Positions 38,145 to 47,610 of a stretch of DNA of 64,000 nucleotides are shown here, piece by piece. Origin of the DNA: an uncultured Lachnospiraceae bacterium (GTDB lineage Bacteria > Bacillota > Clostridia > Lachnospirales > Lachnospiraceae). Location of the stretch: assembly GCA_910579505.1 (NCBI GenBank), contig CAJTTZ010000011.1:5482-69481 (forward strand), in the 5' to 3' direction. The position numbers were made by a program, and so were the translations under genes. Within the stretch, counting starts at the first letter, position 1; every line of letters begins with the position of its first letter. The notes beneath the pieces are model-generated. The model saw nothing but the letters and a program-made list of their open reading frames with translations, made no database searches and was not told the DNA's origin.

Positions 38145-39221
38145 ATGGAAAATGAAAATGTAAAGAAAAACGCGCCTGCCATTCTGATTGTGGATGATAT
38201 CAGTGTGAATGTGACCATTCTGGAAAATATTCTCACACATGAAGGGTATGAGGCACTGACGGCTTTAAGCGTGCAGGAGGCGCTGGAGCTGATGAAGCAG
38301 ACCAGGCCGGATCTTATACTTTCGGATTTGTCCATGCCGGAGATAGACGGACTGGAGTTCTGCAGAATGTTAAAGAGCGACCAGGCGACGAGGGATATCC
38401 CCTTTATTTTTATCACGGTGCTAAACACCAGCAAGGAGAAGGAGGAGGCCTTTCTGGCGGGAGCCGTGGATTTTATACCGAAGCCTTTCGATAATATAGA
38501 GGTCCTGATGCGGGTGAACAACCATTTAAGCAGCTACCGCATGCAGCAGGAAATGGCGGATTACAACCGTATGATGCACCGGCTGGTGGAAGACCAGAAG
38601 AACCAGATTGAGAGAGAACATGCCAATGTGCTGCGGGCGCTGTCGCGGATTATGAAAAAGAAGGACGACGATAAGGGGACACACCGGAGCAACGTTGCCT
38701 ACAACTGTAAGCTTCTCGCGCAGGGGATGCAGTTTTCCCCGGCATTTGAAGATGATGTGACAGACGAGTTTGTGGAAAACATCGGCATTGCGGCAAGACT
38801 TCACGATGTGGGAAGGTTCCTTATGTCGGAGGAGGAAATTGCGGATGATGGTGGGCCGGACAGGCAAAATTTGGAATACATTAAAAAATGTGCGGAATTT
38901 GGAGAAGAAGTGATCGGCGAATTTGGCGCGGACCAGGAGAGCAGCGACGCAATGGAGATGACGCGGCAGATTGCAAAATACCATCACGCGCACTGGGACG
39001 GCTCCGGCTACCCGGCCCTGTCAGGCGGCGAGATTCCGTTGGAAGCGCGCATTGTGGCTGTGGCGAACGACTTTGACGAGATAACTGCACCGGGGCACGG
39101 AGAGGCCTCCTGTTCCTCGGAGGAGGGACAGAAGAGGATCAGCGAAAGGAGCGGCTCCTACTACGATCCGGATGTGGTCCGGGTATTTATGAAGCTTTGG
39201 AGCAGAATGAGAACAAATTGA
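38145..39221 (+). CDS. response regulator with divergent HD-GYP domain
   Basis: The REC domain has ILIVDDIS and the acceptor context ILSDLSMP. The output domain has LHDVGR and YHHAHWDGSGYP, so HHE is replaced by HHA. Confidence 0.85.
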   Translation: MENENVKKNAPAILIVDDISVNVTILENILTHEGYEALTALSVQEALELMKQTRPDLILSDLSMPEIDGLEFCRMLKSDQATRDIPFIFITVLNTSKEKEEAFLAGAVDFIPKPFDNIEVLMRVNNHLSSYRMQQEMADYNRMMHRLVEDQKNQIEREHANVLRALSRIMKKKDDDKGTHRSNVAYNCKLLAQGMQFSPAFEDDVTDEFVENIGIAARLHDVGRFLMSEEEIADDGGPDRQNLEYIKKCAEFGEEVIGEFGADQESSDAMEMTRQIAKYHHAHWDGSGYPALSGGEIPLEARIVAVANDFDEITAPGHGEASCSSEEGQKRISERSGSYYDPDVVRVFMKLWSRMRTN

Positions 39222-39276
39222 CTTTTGCTGAATTGTATGCTTTAATTAAAGATGGTAATTTGGGGAGGCAAAAGAA

Positions 39277-40080
39277 GTGATTACCGACAGCGAATTTCAC
39301 CGAATAGTTACTTATGTGAAGCAGCACTATGGCATTGACCTGAGTCAGAAGAGGGTGCTGGTTGGCGGACGCTTAGAGAATTATCTTGTCCGCAATGGCT
39401 ACGCGAATTATAATGAACTTATGGCGAAGGTGGAGCACAATCCGAAAGGCAGCGAAGCGACGGATCTGGTGAATATCCTGACCACGAACCATACATATTT
39501 TATGCGGGAAAGCGAACATTTTGATTTTATGAAGAATGTCGCGCTGCCATGGGCGAAAAACAGGACGATGGGAACTAAGGACCTGAGAGTCTGGTGCGGC
39601 GCCTCCTCCACAGGGGAAGAACCGTATACGCTCGCCATGATAATCAACGATTTCTTTGGCATTAACCATTCGGGATGGGACACCAGGCTTCTTGCGACAG
39701 ATATTTCCATGAAGGTTTTATCGCATGCATCCAAAGGCGTCTATCTCAAGGAGGAAATTGATCCCCTGCCCGTAAACTGGAAGAGGCATTATTTTAAGCA
39801 GATCAGCCAGGAAGAGTTTAAAGTGAAGGATGAACTGAAGAGAGAAGTGATTTTCAAGCAGTTTAATTTGATGGACCCCATTACCTTTAAAAAGAAATTC
39901 CACATTGTATTTTTGCGGAACGTGATGATCTATTTTCAGGATGATATTAAATATCCGCTCATCAATCGGATTTACGATCACATGGAGCCGGGCGGTTATC
40001 TTTTTATCGGCTTGACGGAGAGGCTGGATCGTCAAATGGTTAAATTTAATTATGTTCAACCGTCAATTTACAGAAAATAG
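39277..40080 (+). CDS. cheR: chemotaxis protein methyltransferase
   Basis: 267 aa from a GTG start after ggggagg, with the SAM-binding motif VWCGASSTGEEPYTLAM. Confidence 0.9.
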   Translation: MITDSEFHRIVTYVKQHYGIDLSQKRVLVGGRLENYLVRNGYANYNELMAKVEHNPKGSEATDLVNILTTNHTYFMRESEHFDFMKNVALPWAKNRTMGTKDLRVWCGASSTGEEPYTLAMIINDFFGINHSGWDTRLLATDISMKVLSHASKGVYLKEEIDPLPVNWKRHYFKQISQEEFKVKDELKREVIFKQFNLMDPITFKKKFHIVFLRNVMIYFQDDIKYPLINRIYDHMEPGGYLFIGLTERLDRQMVKFNYVQPSIYRK

Positions 40081-40091
40081 GAGTGCAGAAC

Positions 40092-41117
40092 ATGAGACCG
40101 ATTAGAGTGTTGGTTGTAGATGATTCGCTGATGTTCCGCAAGCTGCTTGCGCAAGGGCTGGATTCGGATCCGAACATTGAAGTGGTGGCGGATGTTGGGG
40201 ATGTCTACGAGGCGCGGGACGCGATACTCAAGTTTAAGCCCGATGTCATGACATTGGATGTAGAGATGCCGCGCATGAACGGCATAGAGTTTTTGAAGAG
40301 GCTGATGCCCCAGTATCCGCTGCCCGTGGTGATGATAAGCGCTTTGAACAATAAGGTTTTTGACGCGCTTGAGGCGGGGGCGGTAGATTTTGTAAATAAA
40401 CCGTCTAATCTGACCAAGGAACAGTTAAATAACTTCCTGACGCAGGAGCTGGCGGCAAAGGTAAAGATTGCCTCCACGGCAAAGGTAGGCAAGTTAAAAA
40501 GAGTGGACAACACAACGATCGCGAGCCACATTACCGCGGCGGGCGGCAAGGACCGCATTGTTGCAATCGGCGCCTCCACGGGAGGAACGGAAGCGATCTT
40601 TGAGGTTGTGAAAAGATTTAAGAGAGATATTCCGGGCGTTGTCATTGTACAGCACATGCCGCCCGGATTTACGCAGATGTATGCGGACCGTCTGAACAAC
40701 CAGTGCGAAGTGGCGGTGAAGGAAGCGCAGACGGGCGACCGCGTGATGCAGGGACAGGTGCTGATTGCACCGGGCGACAGGCAGATGCGGCTTGTCAAAG
40801 TAAACGGCGTCTATCAGGTTGAATGCCGGGGCACGGAGAAAGTGAGCGGGCATTGCCCCTCCGTGGACGTTCTGTTCAGCTCTGTGGCGAAGGCTGCTGG
40901 AAACAAGGCGGTAGGCGCGATTCTGACAGGAATGGGAGCTGACGGCGCGAAGGGACTTCTGGAGATGCGAAACGCCGGCGCTTTAACTGTTGGGCAGGAC
41001 GAAGCGACATGCGTCGTCTACGGTATGCCGAAGGTTGCTTTTGACATCGGCGCGGTGCAGCAGCAGGCACCGATTACGGCAATTGCAGGGAAGATTTACA
41101 GCCTGTTGAGCAAATAG
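40092..41117 (+). CDS. cheB: protein-glutamate methylesterase (REC + CheB catalytic domain)
   Basis: It carries MRPIRVLVVDDS, the acceptor context MTLDVEMP, and GASTGGTEA / HMPPGFT. The start is at ATG 40092, 8 nt after AGGAG. Confidence 0.9.
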   Translation: MRPIRVLVVDDSLMFRKLLAQGLDSDPNIEVVADVGDVYEARDAILKFKPDVMTLDVEMPRMNGIEFLKRLMPQYPLPVVMISALNNKVFDALEAGAVDFVNKPSNLTKEQLNNFLTQELAAKVKIASTAKVGKLKRVDNTTIASHITAAGGKDRIVAIGASTGGTEAIFEVVKRFKRDIPGVVIVQHMPPGFTQMYADRLNNQCEVAVKEAQTGDRVMQGQVLIAPGDRQMRLVKVNGVYQVECRGTEKVSGHCPSVDVLFSSVAKAAGNKAVGAILTGMGADGAKGLLEMRNAGALTVGQDEATCVVYGMPKVAFDIGAVQQQAPITAIAGKIYSLLSK

Positions 41118-41148
41118 ATACTACTTTGAAGAAAGGAGCTGAGCGCAT

Positions 41149-41541
41149 ATGAAGATTTTGTTGGCAGAGGACGATTTCGCCAGCCGTAAGTTTATGGATA
41201 AGCAGCTCTCACGCTACGGGGAATGTGACGTGATGGTGGATGGCGAAGAGGCTGTGGATGCATTTATGATGGCGCTGGAGGATGGAGAGCCCTACGATCT
41301 GGCATGTCTTGATGTGATGATGCCGGTTATGGACGGATATCAGGTGCTTAAGGCAATCCGCGATATCGAGGCACAGAAGGGCATTCCCAAGAGTAAGAGG
41401 GTTAAAGTCATTATGACGACGGCGCTGAATGACGAACGCAATGTAAAGATGGCGTTTGAGCTTGGATGCGAAGCCTATGCCGGGAAACCGATAGATGTAG
41501 AGAAGTTTGAAAAGGTATTAACAAAGCTTGGGCTGATTTAG
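41149..41541 (+). CDS. cheY: single-domain CheY-like response regulator
   Basis: 130 aa with LLAEDD, the acceptor context CLDVMMP, and the conserved K in AYAGKP. Confidence 0.85.
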   Translation: MKILLAEDDFASRKFMDKQLSRYGECDVMVDGEEAVDAFMMALEDGEPYDLACLDVMMPVMDGYQVLKAIRDIEAQKGIPKSKRVKVIMTTALNDERNVKMAFELGCEAYAGKPIDVEKFEKVLTKLGLI

Positions 41542-41575
41542 AAAATCTGGGAAATCCTTAAGATGAGGAGGAAAT

Positions 41576-43711
41576 ATGGCAGAAGAATTCAACACAGAAA
41601 GTATGCTTGACATGTTCTTGTACGAGAGCGGACAGCTCTTGGAGAAACTGGAAGGCATAATATTGGAAAAACAGGATGCTGATTGCTTCGATGATGCCGA
41701 TATCAATGAGATTTTCCGCGTCATGCACACCATTAAAGGTTCCTCAGGCGTTTTGATGTATGAGAACATTACGAAAGTGACCCATAAGCTTGAGGATGTG
41801 TTCTATTACCTGAGAGAATCCCATCCGGATGATGTGCCGCATATGGAACTGGTTGAGAAGGTGCTTGCGGTTTCGGACTTTGTGACGGGTGAGCTTGATA
41901 AGCTGAAAAACGGCGATACGCCTGACGGTGATGAGAAACAGCTTGTGGAGGATCTGGATGAATTTCTTGGCCGCTTAAAGGGCGAGATCAAGAAACAGGG
42001 TATTCAGATGCCGCAGGCTAATAAGCATGTTGAGCCGACGCAGTTTTACATTACGCCGGTGGCAGGCGACGACAGTCATTTTTATCGGATTTCTATCCAT
42101 TACCGAAGTGATACGCAGATGAGCAATCTGCGTGCCTATTCGGCGACTTATGCCTTAAAAGAGGTTGCGGAAGATCTGCTCTACACACCGGACGACATTC
42201 TCTCCAATGAGGCAAGCGCCGATGTGATCGTGGCAGAGGGCTTTCATATGCTGCTGCAGACGAAGAGCACCAAGGAGGAAGTGATCGCGTTAATTGACAG
42301 CTCCGAGGCGGAGGAAATCAATTTCGACGAGCTCTCCAAGGAAGAGTACGGCAGGGCACTCGGCGAGTTTGGCAGAGAGGAAGCCGAGCCGGTTGCCGCA
42401 GCGCCTGCGTCCGCAAAGGGCGATGAGAATAAAGAGGCCAAGAAGGAAGGACCTAAGCCGGGCGATTACGTGGTCAAGACCAAGGAGGCCGGCAAGGGCA
42501 AGACGCTTGCGAAGAACCAGCCCAAGCAGCAGAGCATCATCAGCGTGAACGTGGAGAAGATGGATGCGCTGATGGATCTGATCGGTGAGCTGGTTATCGC
42601 GGAGGCGGTGGTACTGCAGAACCCGGACCTGAAGGTGCCGGGACTGGAGCTTTCCAACTTCCAGAAGGCGTCCGGGCAGCTCTCCAAGATTACGACGGAG
42701 CTGCAGGAAGTCATCATGTCGATGCGTATGATGCCCCTTACCAACACGTTCCAGAAGATGCGCAGAATTGTATTCGACGTATCCAGAAAGCTTGGCAAGG
42801 ACATTGAGCTTGAAGTGGTCGGTGAGAACACGGAAGTGGATAAGAATATCATCGAGCACATTACCGACCCGCTGATGCACCTTGTGAGAAATTCCGTAGA
42901 TCACGGTATCGAGGAAGATCCCGCGGACAGAACCGCAGTAGGCAAGCCTTCGAAGGGCAAGATTACATTGGAGGCAAAGAACGAGGGCGGTAAGGTTTAT
43001 ATCAGCGTTAAGGATGACGGCAAAGGCCTGAATAAGGAAAAGCTGTATCAGAAAGCTCTGGATAAGGGCCTGATTGAGAACAAGCCGATCAATGAGTTTA
43101 CAGATAAAGAAATCTTCCGGTTCATTACGCTGCCGGGCTTCTCCACCAAGGAGGAGGTTACCGAGTATTCCGGCAGAGGCGTGGGTATGGACGTGGTGGT
43201 GAAGAACATCCAGTCCATCAGCGGAAGGCTTGATATTTCCAGCGTGGAGTTTGAGGGGTCGGAGATGACCCTGGTGATTCCGCTCACGCTTGCGATTATC
43301 AACGGTATTGTGGTACAGGTAGGTAATTCCCCGTTTGTGATTGAGACGGCGTCGATCAAGGAATTTGTGAGAGTTGGGGAAGACTCTCTCATCAGCGAGC
43401 CGAGCGGCGAGGAATACATTGTGCTGAGAGGGGAGTGTTATCCCTTTATCCGCCTGAATGAAAGATATGATCTACCCGATTCAAACGACAAGATTGAAGA
43501 GGGAATCATCGTTGTGTTAGAACATGAGGGCAGTCAGGTATGCGTACTGATTGACAAACTGCTGCAGGAGCAGGAAATTGTGGTTAAACCGATTCCTCCC
43601 TATGTCAGGAAAGTCAAAGGGCTTTCGGGCTGTACGCAGCTTGGCGACGGAAGCATTGCACTGATCCTGGATATTGCCGGATTGCTGTTGCATGACGGAG
43701 AAAGGAGATAG
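41576..43711 (+). CDS. cheA: chemotaxis histidine kinase CheA
   Basis: 711 aa with P1 Hpt (MHTIKGSSG), the kinase core (HLVRNSVDHGIE, DDGKGL, GRGVGMDVV) and a C-terminal CheW-like domain. Confidence 0.95.
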   Translation: MAEEFNTESMLDMFLYESGQLLEKLEGIILEKQDADCFDDADINEIFRVMHTIKGSSGVLMYENITKVTHKLEDVFYYLRESHPDDVPHMELVEKVLAVSDFVTGELDKLKNGDTPDGDEKQLVEDLDEFLGRLKGEIKKQGIQMPQANKHVEPTQFYITPVAGDDSHFYRISIHYRSDTQMSNLRAYSATYALKEVAEDLLYTPDDILSNEASADVIVAEGFHMLLQTKSTKEEVIALIDSSEAEEINFDELSKEEYGRALGEFGREEAEPVAAAPASAKGDENKEAKKEGPKPGDYVVKTKEAGKGKTLAKNQPKQQSIISVNVEKMDALMDLIGELVIAEAVVLQNPDLKVPGLELSNFQKASGQLSKITTELQEVIMSMRMMPLTNTFQKMRRIVFDVSRKLGKDIELEVVGENTEVDKNIIEHITDPLMHLVRNSVDHGIEEDPADRTAVGKPSKGKITLEAKNEGGKVYISVKDDGKGLNKEKLYQKALDKGLIENKPINEFTDKEIFRFITLPGFSTKEEVTEYSGRGVGMDVVVKNIQSISGRLDISSVEFEGSEMTLVIPLTLAIINGIVVQVGNSPFVIETASIKEFVRVGEDSLISEPSGEEYIVLRGECYPFIRLNERYDLPDSNDKIEEGIIVVLEHEGSQVCVLIDKLLQEQEIVVKPIPPYVRKVKGLSGCTQLGDGSIALILDIAGLLLHDGERR

Positions 43712-43714
43712 TAC

Positions 43715-44254
43715 ATGGCGGAAGATTTTATGAAAAAAGAAGAAACGGATGAGATGGAAGAGCTGCTGGAAGATGATTCCCAGAAAGGGATGTTTATGAC
43801 GTTCCAGATCGGCAAAGAGCTATTTGGTATCAGCATCAGCTATGTGAATGAGATTATTGCGATGCAGTCGATTGCGGCAATCCCTGAAGTGGACGATTAC
43901 ATTAAGGGGTTGATCAATCTCCGGGGCAAGATTATTCCTGTGATAGACGTCCGCGTCAGATTTAAAATGGAACCGTGTGAATATACAGATAGGACGTGTA
44001 TTATCGTCATTGATGTGAAGTCAACCATGATCGGTCTGATTGTGGAAAGACTGGCGGATGTAGATACCATTGCGGAGGACAGTATTGCACCGCCGCCATC
44101 CTTGGGAAGGAAAGAACATGAGCATAACAAGTATGTTTACGGGCTGGCCAGAACGGGAGATACGGTGACGCTCCTTCTTGATCCTGAAAAACTGATTAAG
44201 CAGGACGATATCGTGACAGCGATGGAAGAAGTGCGCAAGGAAGAACAATCATAA
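43715..44254 (+). CDS. cheW: chemotaxis coupling protein CheW
   Basis: 179 aa with a CheW fold signature (FGISISYVNEII...INLRGKIIPVIDVR). It starts 3 nt after the cheA stop. Confidence 0.9.
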   Translation: MAEDFMKKEETDEMEELLEDDSQKGMFMTFQIGKELFGISISYVNEIIAMQSIAAIPEVDDYIKGLINLRGKIIPVIDVRVRFKMEPCEYTDRTCIIVIDVKSTMIGLIVERLADVDTIAEDSIAPPPSLGRKEHEHNKYVYGLARTGDTVTLLLDPEKLIKQDDIVTAMEEVRKEEQS

Positions 44255-44269
44255 AAAGGAGAATTCACC

Positions 44270-46051
44270 ATGAAGAAGAGATTTTCAATTGTTGACATGA
44301 CAGTCAAGAAAAAAATTACTTTATTCAGTGCTTTGATGCTGATTATGCTGATTCTTGTTTCGGCCGTAGGTCTGTGGTCCTCAAACATGGTAAACACAGC
44401 GCGGCAGAGCCAGCATGACAACTATGCGATGAGTCAGTATTATGTGACACAGGGATTTGCGAATTTCTGTAACATTAAAGTGCGTGTGCGTAATATCCTG
44501 TTCTATTACTATGATGATCTGGATGTTGTGAAGAGCCAGGAAGAAATGATCGAAAAGTATAAGTCCGACGCGGCAGGCTATTTTGCCCTCTTTGAGGAAA
44601 GAAAAGATAAGCTGCCAAAGGAGATTCAGGATCAGTACGATCTGGTGCAGGAAAAGATTGCAGAGTGGTATGTATGCGAGCAGAATGATATTGATCTGGT
44701 TAAAGCAGGCAAGGTAGAAGAAGCTGTAAACGAGCTGGTAACGAACAGTAAGTTTATCGCGGACGAAGTGGAAGATAATCTGCGTACCCTGATGGATATG
44801 ATGGAAGCCTCTTCCCATGAGAAGGATGTAGAACTGACCAGACAGTTAACGTGGTTGTCGATTCTGCAGGTGGGAGTAATGGCAATCGCAATTCTCATTA
44901 CCATTATGTACTGCGCGCTTCTGATCAAGGCGATCACAGTTCCTATGGCGAAGCTGTCCGAGGCTGCTAAGAAGATGACCATGGGCGACATTGATGTGGA
45001 CTGTGAGAAAGTTTACAATGACGATCTTGGCGCACTGCTCGATGAGTTTGCACAGATGGCGGAAGCGATCAGGGAGCAGACAAAGATCACCGAGGCTATT
45101 TCCAAGGGTGATCTGACGATGGAAGCGAATCCCAGAAGCGACAGGGATGTACTTGGCAAGGCGATTGTCAGACTGCTTTCCGAGAACAACATGACGCTGA
45201 GCAATGTGAAAGAGGCGAGCGCGCAGATTACCGTCGGTTCCGAGCAGGTGGCGAATGCCAGCCAGGCTCTGGCACAGGGTTCCACCGAGCAGGCAAGTGC
45301 AATCCAGCAGGTAACGGCTTCCATGGATGAGGTGACGCAGCGTACCAAGGCGAATGCGACGCAGGCAGGTGAAGCTAACGTCCTGGTACATAATATCAAG
45401 GATATGGCTACATCCGGCAATGACCAGATGAAGTCTATGATTCAGGCGATGGATGATATCAATGCATCTTCTGAGACGATTTCCAAGATCATTAAGACCA
45501 TTGACGATATCGCATTCCAGACCAACATCCTCGCGCTGAACGCGGCGGTTGAGGCAGCGAGAGCGGGCGTACACGGTAAGGGATTTGCAGTGGTGGCTGA
45601 GGAAGTAAGAAATCTGGCGGCGAAGAGTGCGGCGGCAGCAAGCGAGACGGCGGAGATGATCGACGATACCATCCACAAGGTTGGCAATGGCGCGAAGATC
45701 GCGCAGGATACCGCGAAGTCTCTCGACGAGATTGTGGGCTCCATCGACGAGATCGTTGGTCTGATCGGAAATATTACGGCTTCTTCCAACGATCAGGCGA
45801 CGGCGATTTCCCAGATCGACCAGGCAATCTCTCAGGTATCTACCGTGGTACAGACCAATGCAGCTACCAGCGAGCAGTGTGCGGCGGCCAGCGAGGAGCT
45901 TTCCAACCAGGCGGTTACGCTCAGAAACCTTATGTCGAGATATCAGCTGATATCCGGCAATATGGGCGGCAGCAGCTATGTAGACAATACGCCTACATAC
46001 AGCAGCGAGCCGACGATCTCTCTGGACGGAGATTACGACGACAAATATTAA
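44270..46051 (+). CDS. methyl-accepting chemotaxis protein (four-helix-bundle type sensor, HAMP, MCP core)
   Basis: 593 aa with 2 TM segments and the core [32 protein letters not shown]. Confidence 0.9.
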   Translation: MKKRFSIVDMTVKKKITLFSALMLIMLILVSAVGLWSSNMVNTARQSQHDNYAMSQYYVTQGFANFCNIKVRVRNILFYYYDDLDVVKSQEEMIEKYKSDAAGYFALFEERKDKLPKEIQDQYDLVQEKIAEWYVCEQNDIDLVKAGKVEEAVNELVTNSKFIADEVEDNLRTLMDMMEASSHEKDVELTRQLTWLSILQVGVMAIAILITIMYCALLIKAITVPMAKLSEAAKKMTMGDIDVDCEKVYNDDLGALLDEFAQMAEAIREQTKITEAISKGDLTMEANPRSDRDVLGKAIVRLLSENNMTLSNVKEASAQITVGSEQVANASQALAQGSTEQASAIQQVTASMDEVTQRTKANATQAGEANVLVHNIKDMATSGNDQMKSMIQAMDDINASSETISKIIKTIDDIAFQTNILALNAAVEAARAGVHGKGFAVVAEEVRNLAAKSAAAASETAEMIDDTIHKVGNGAKIAQDTAKSLDEIVGSIDEIVGLIGNITASSNDQATAISQIDQAISQVSTVVQTNAATSEQCAAASEELSNQAVTLRNLMSRYQLISGNMGGSSYVDNTPTYSSEPTISLDGDYDDKY

Positions 46052-46092
46052 GAAGAGGACAGACCGAAGCGAGTCTGTACAGAATAGAGGAA

Positions 46093-46125
46093 AGAGTCAC
46101 TGCCTTAGGGCGGTGGCTCTTTTTT
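46093..46125 (+). terminator. rho-independent terminator ending the che cluster
   Basis: agagtcactgcc (46093-46104), loop ttag, ggcggtggctct (46109-46120), then a T5 run. Confidence 0.8.
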
Positions 46126-46153
46126 AAGTCTGCTTATCAGTTTCTTATCTATT

Positions 46154-46173
46154 TATGTCACATCTATGTCACA
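46154..46173 (+). promoter_or_regulatory. direct repeat TATGTCACA x2 with 11-bp period (candidate response-regulator box)
   Basis: Perfect 9-mers lie at 46154-46162 and 46165-46173, about 55 nt upstream of the permease start. A weak -10 (tattac) sits at 46192-46197. Confidence 0.45.
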
Positions 46174-46228
46174 AATAAGGGACGCCGGGTGTATTACTGG
46201 TAAAAAGGAACCGGAAGGAGGCGATTCG

Positions 46229-47452
46229 GTGAAGCTGGCATATCGAAATCTGGTCAGACATTATAAAAAAAGTATACTCTCCGCCGCCATCGGCATTGTG
46301 ACAATCACGCTTTTACTGCTCTACGCAGTCAATCTGGACAGTACGGAAAGACAGCTTGTCACGCTCCCGGAGGCGATGGAAGTGAGCGGCAGGGTCAGCA
46401 ATCTGAATGGCTCACGGGAGGAAGGAATCAGCATTTCCGAGGAGCGCGTGGATGGAATCGCCGCCTGCCCATATGTGGAGAAAGTGGTTTTCTCCGCGCA
46501 GTTTATGACAGGATTCGGTGCGTTCACGCTGGAGGAATATAAGGGAAACTTAAATTATTTTGCGGCGGCGGTCAACGATATTGCGGGCGTACCCGGCTTA
46601 AAGAGCGAGGAAATTTCCTATGGGGAAGCGTGGGACGAGAGCCTTTTCGCGGGCGGGGAGCCGCTTTGCATTCTGGATGCCCGGATCATGGAACAGCAGG
46701 GCCTGTCGCTCGGGGATGAGGTGACGATTACGCTCTATTACTATCAGTATGGGCAGGGAGGTATCGGGATCGGAAAGGTTACTCCCCTTGTGGAGGGGAG
46801 ACCGTTCACTGTTGCGGGCGTGATGGACTATAAAGACTTTACCGGCAGCGTGACGCCGCCCCAGATGCTTTTTCCGCTGGAGAGCGTGCGGCAGGTCTTT
46901 CGGGAGGAAGGGGTTGCGTTTACGGCGGATTCGGCGTCCTTTCTGGTGAAAGATCCGTTCCGGCTGAATGCGTGCAAAAGTTATATGCATGAACTCGGCT
47001 TTTTGCCCGTGGCCAGGGATGCTGATTTTTCCTATGCAGGAAACGCCCTCAGCATGAAGGACGAGGCGTTTATCAACGCGGCGGAAAATCTGCGTGAGAC
47101 TCTGACTTTCCTTGCGGGGATGCTGCCCTTTGTGGCGGTGATTCTCCTGTTTGTGGGCTATCTGTGCAGCTATCTGCTGATTCAGGACAGAAAGGCGGAG
47201 TATGCCACCATGCGCTCGATAGGCATGGGATGGAGACGCTGCTTTTTTGTGATGCTTTTAGAAAATCTGATGATTGAGGCGGCTGTCTGTGTGGTGGTCA
47301 GCCTGCCTGCGCTTCTGACAGGTACGGTGGGCGGCAGGGCGCTTCTGCTCTCGGATGCCGTATTTCTCTTGGCGTTTCTTTTGGGAAGCGCGGCGGCGCT
47401 CTGGTCTTTCCACGGGCTGAGCGTGATCGAGACGCTGCGTGCGGGCGAATAA
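46229..47452 (+). CDS. FtsX/MacB-type ABC transporter permease
   Basis: The GTG start follows ggaaggagg by 7 nt. The protein has an N-terminal TM segment, a large extracytoplasmic domain and a C-terminal FtsX 3-TM module. Confidence 0.8.
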   Translation: MKLAYRNLVRHYKKSILSAAIGIVTITLLLLYAVNLDSTERQLVTLPEAMEVSGRVSNLNGSREEGISISEERVDGIAACPYVEKVVFSAQFMTGFGAFTLEEYKGNLNYFAAAVNDIAGVPGLKSEEISYGEAWDESLFAGGEPLCILDARIMEQQGLSLGDEVTITLYYYQYGQGGIGIGKVTPLVEGRPFTVAGVMDYKDFTGSVTPPQMLFPLESVRQVFREEGVAFTADSASFLVKDPFRLNACKSYMHELGFLPVARDADFSYAGNALSMKDEAFINAAENLRETLTFLAGMLPFVAVILLFVGYLCSYLLIQDRKAEYATMRSIGMGWRRCFFVMLLENLMIEAAVCVVVSLPALLTGTVGGRALLLSDAVFLLAFLLGSAAALWSFHGLSVIETLRAGE

Positions 47453-47460
47453 AGTGAAAA

Positions 47461-47574
47461 ATACGAAAAGTACTTCTGGAGACGTCTCGCCATAGGACGG
47501 AGACGTAAAGTCAGCAAGCTGACTTGGAAGTACTAAGTTTCGCATAAGAGAATGCCTGAAAAGCGTCATTTTCC
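47461..47574. repeat. composite nested-hairpin intergenic repeat (same architecture as 36570-36665)
   Basis: The stems are cgaaa/tttcg and agtacttc (47469-47476) / gaagtact (47527-47534). Inside are an inner ...atag... hairpin and agtcag-caag-ctgact (47509-47524). A degenerate agagaatgcc...gtcattttcc follows (47548-47574). The segment aagtttcgcata[a/g]gagaatgcc is shared with 36627-36647. Confidence 0.8.
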
Positions 47575-47610
47575 GCGCGAATTTGAGGACAAGGTAAGGG
47601 GGACAGTATT

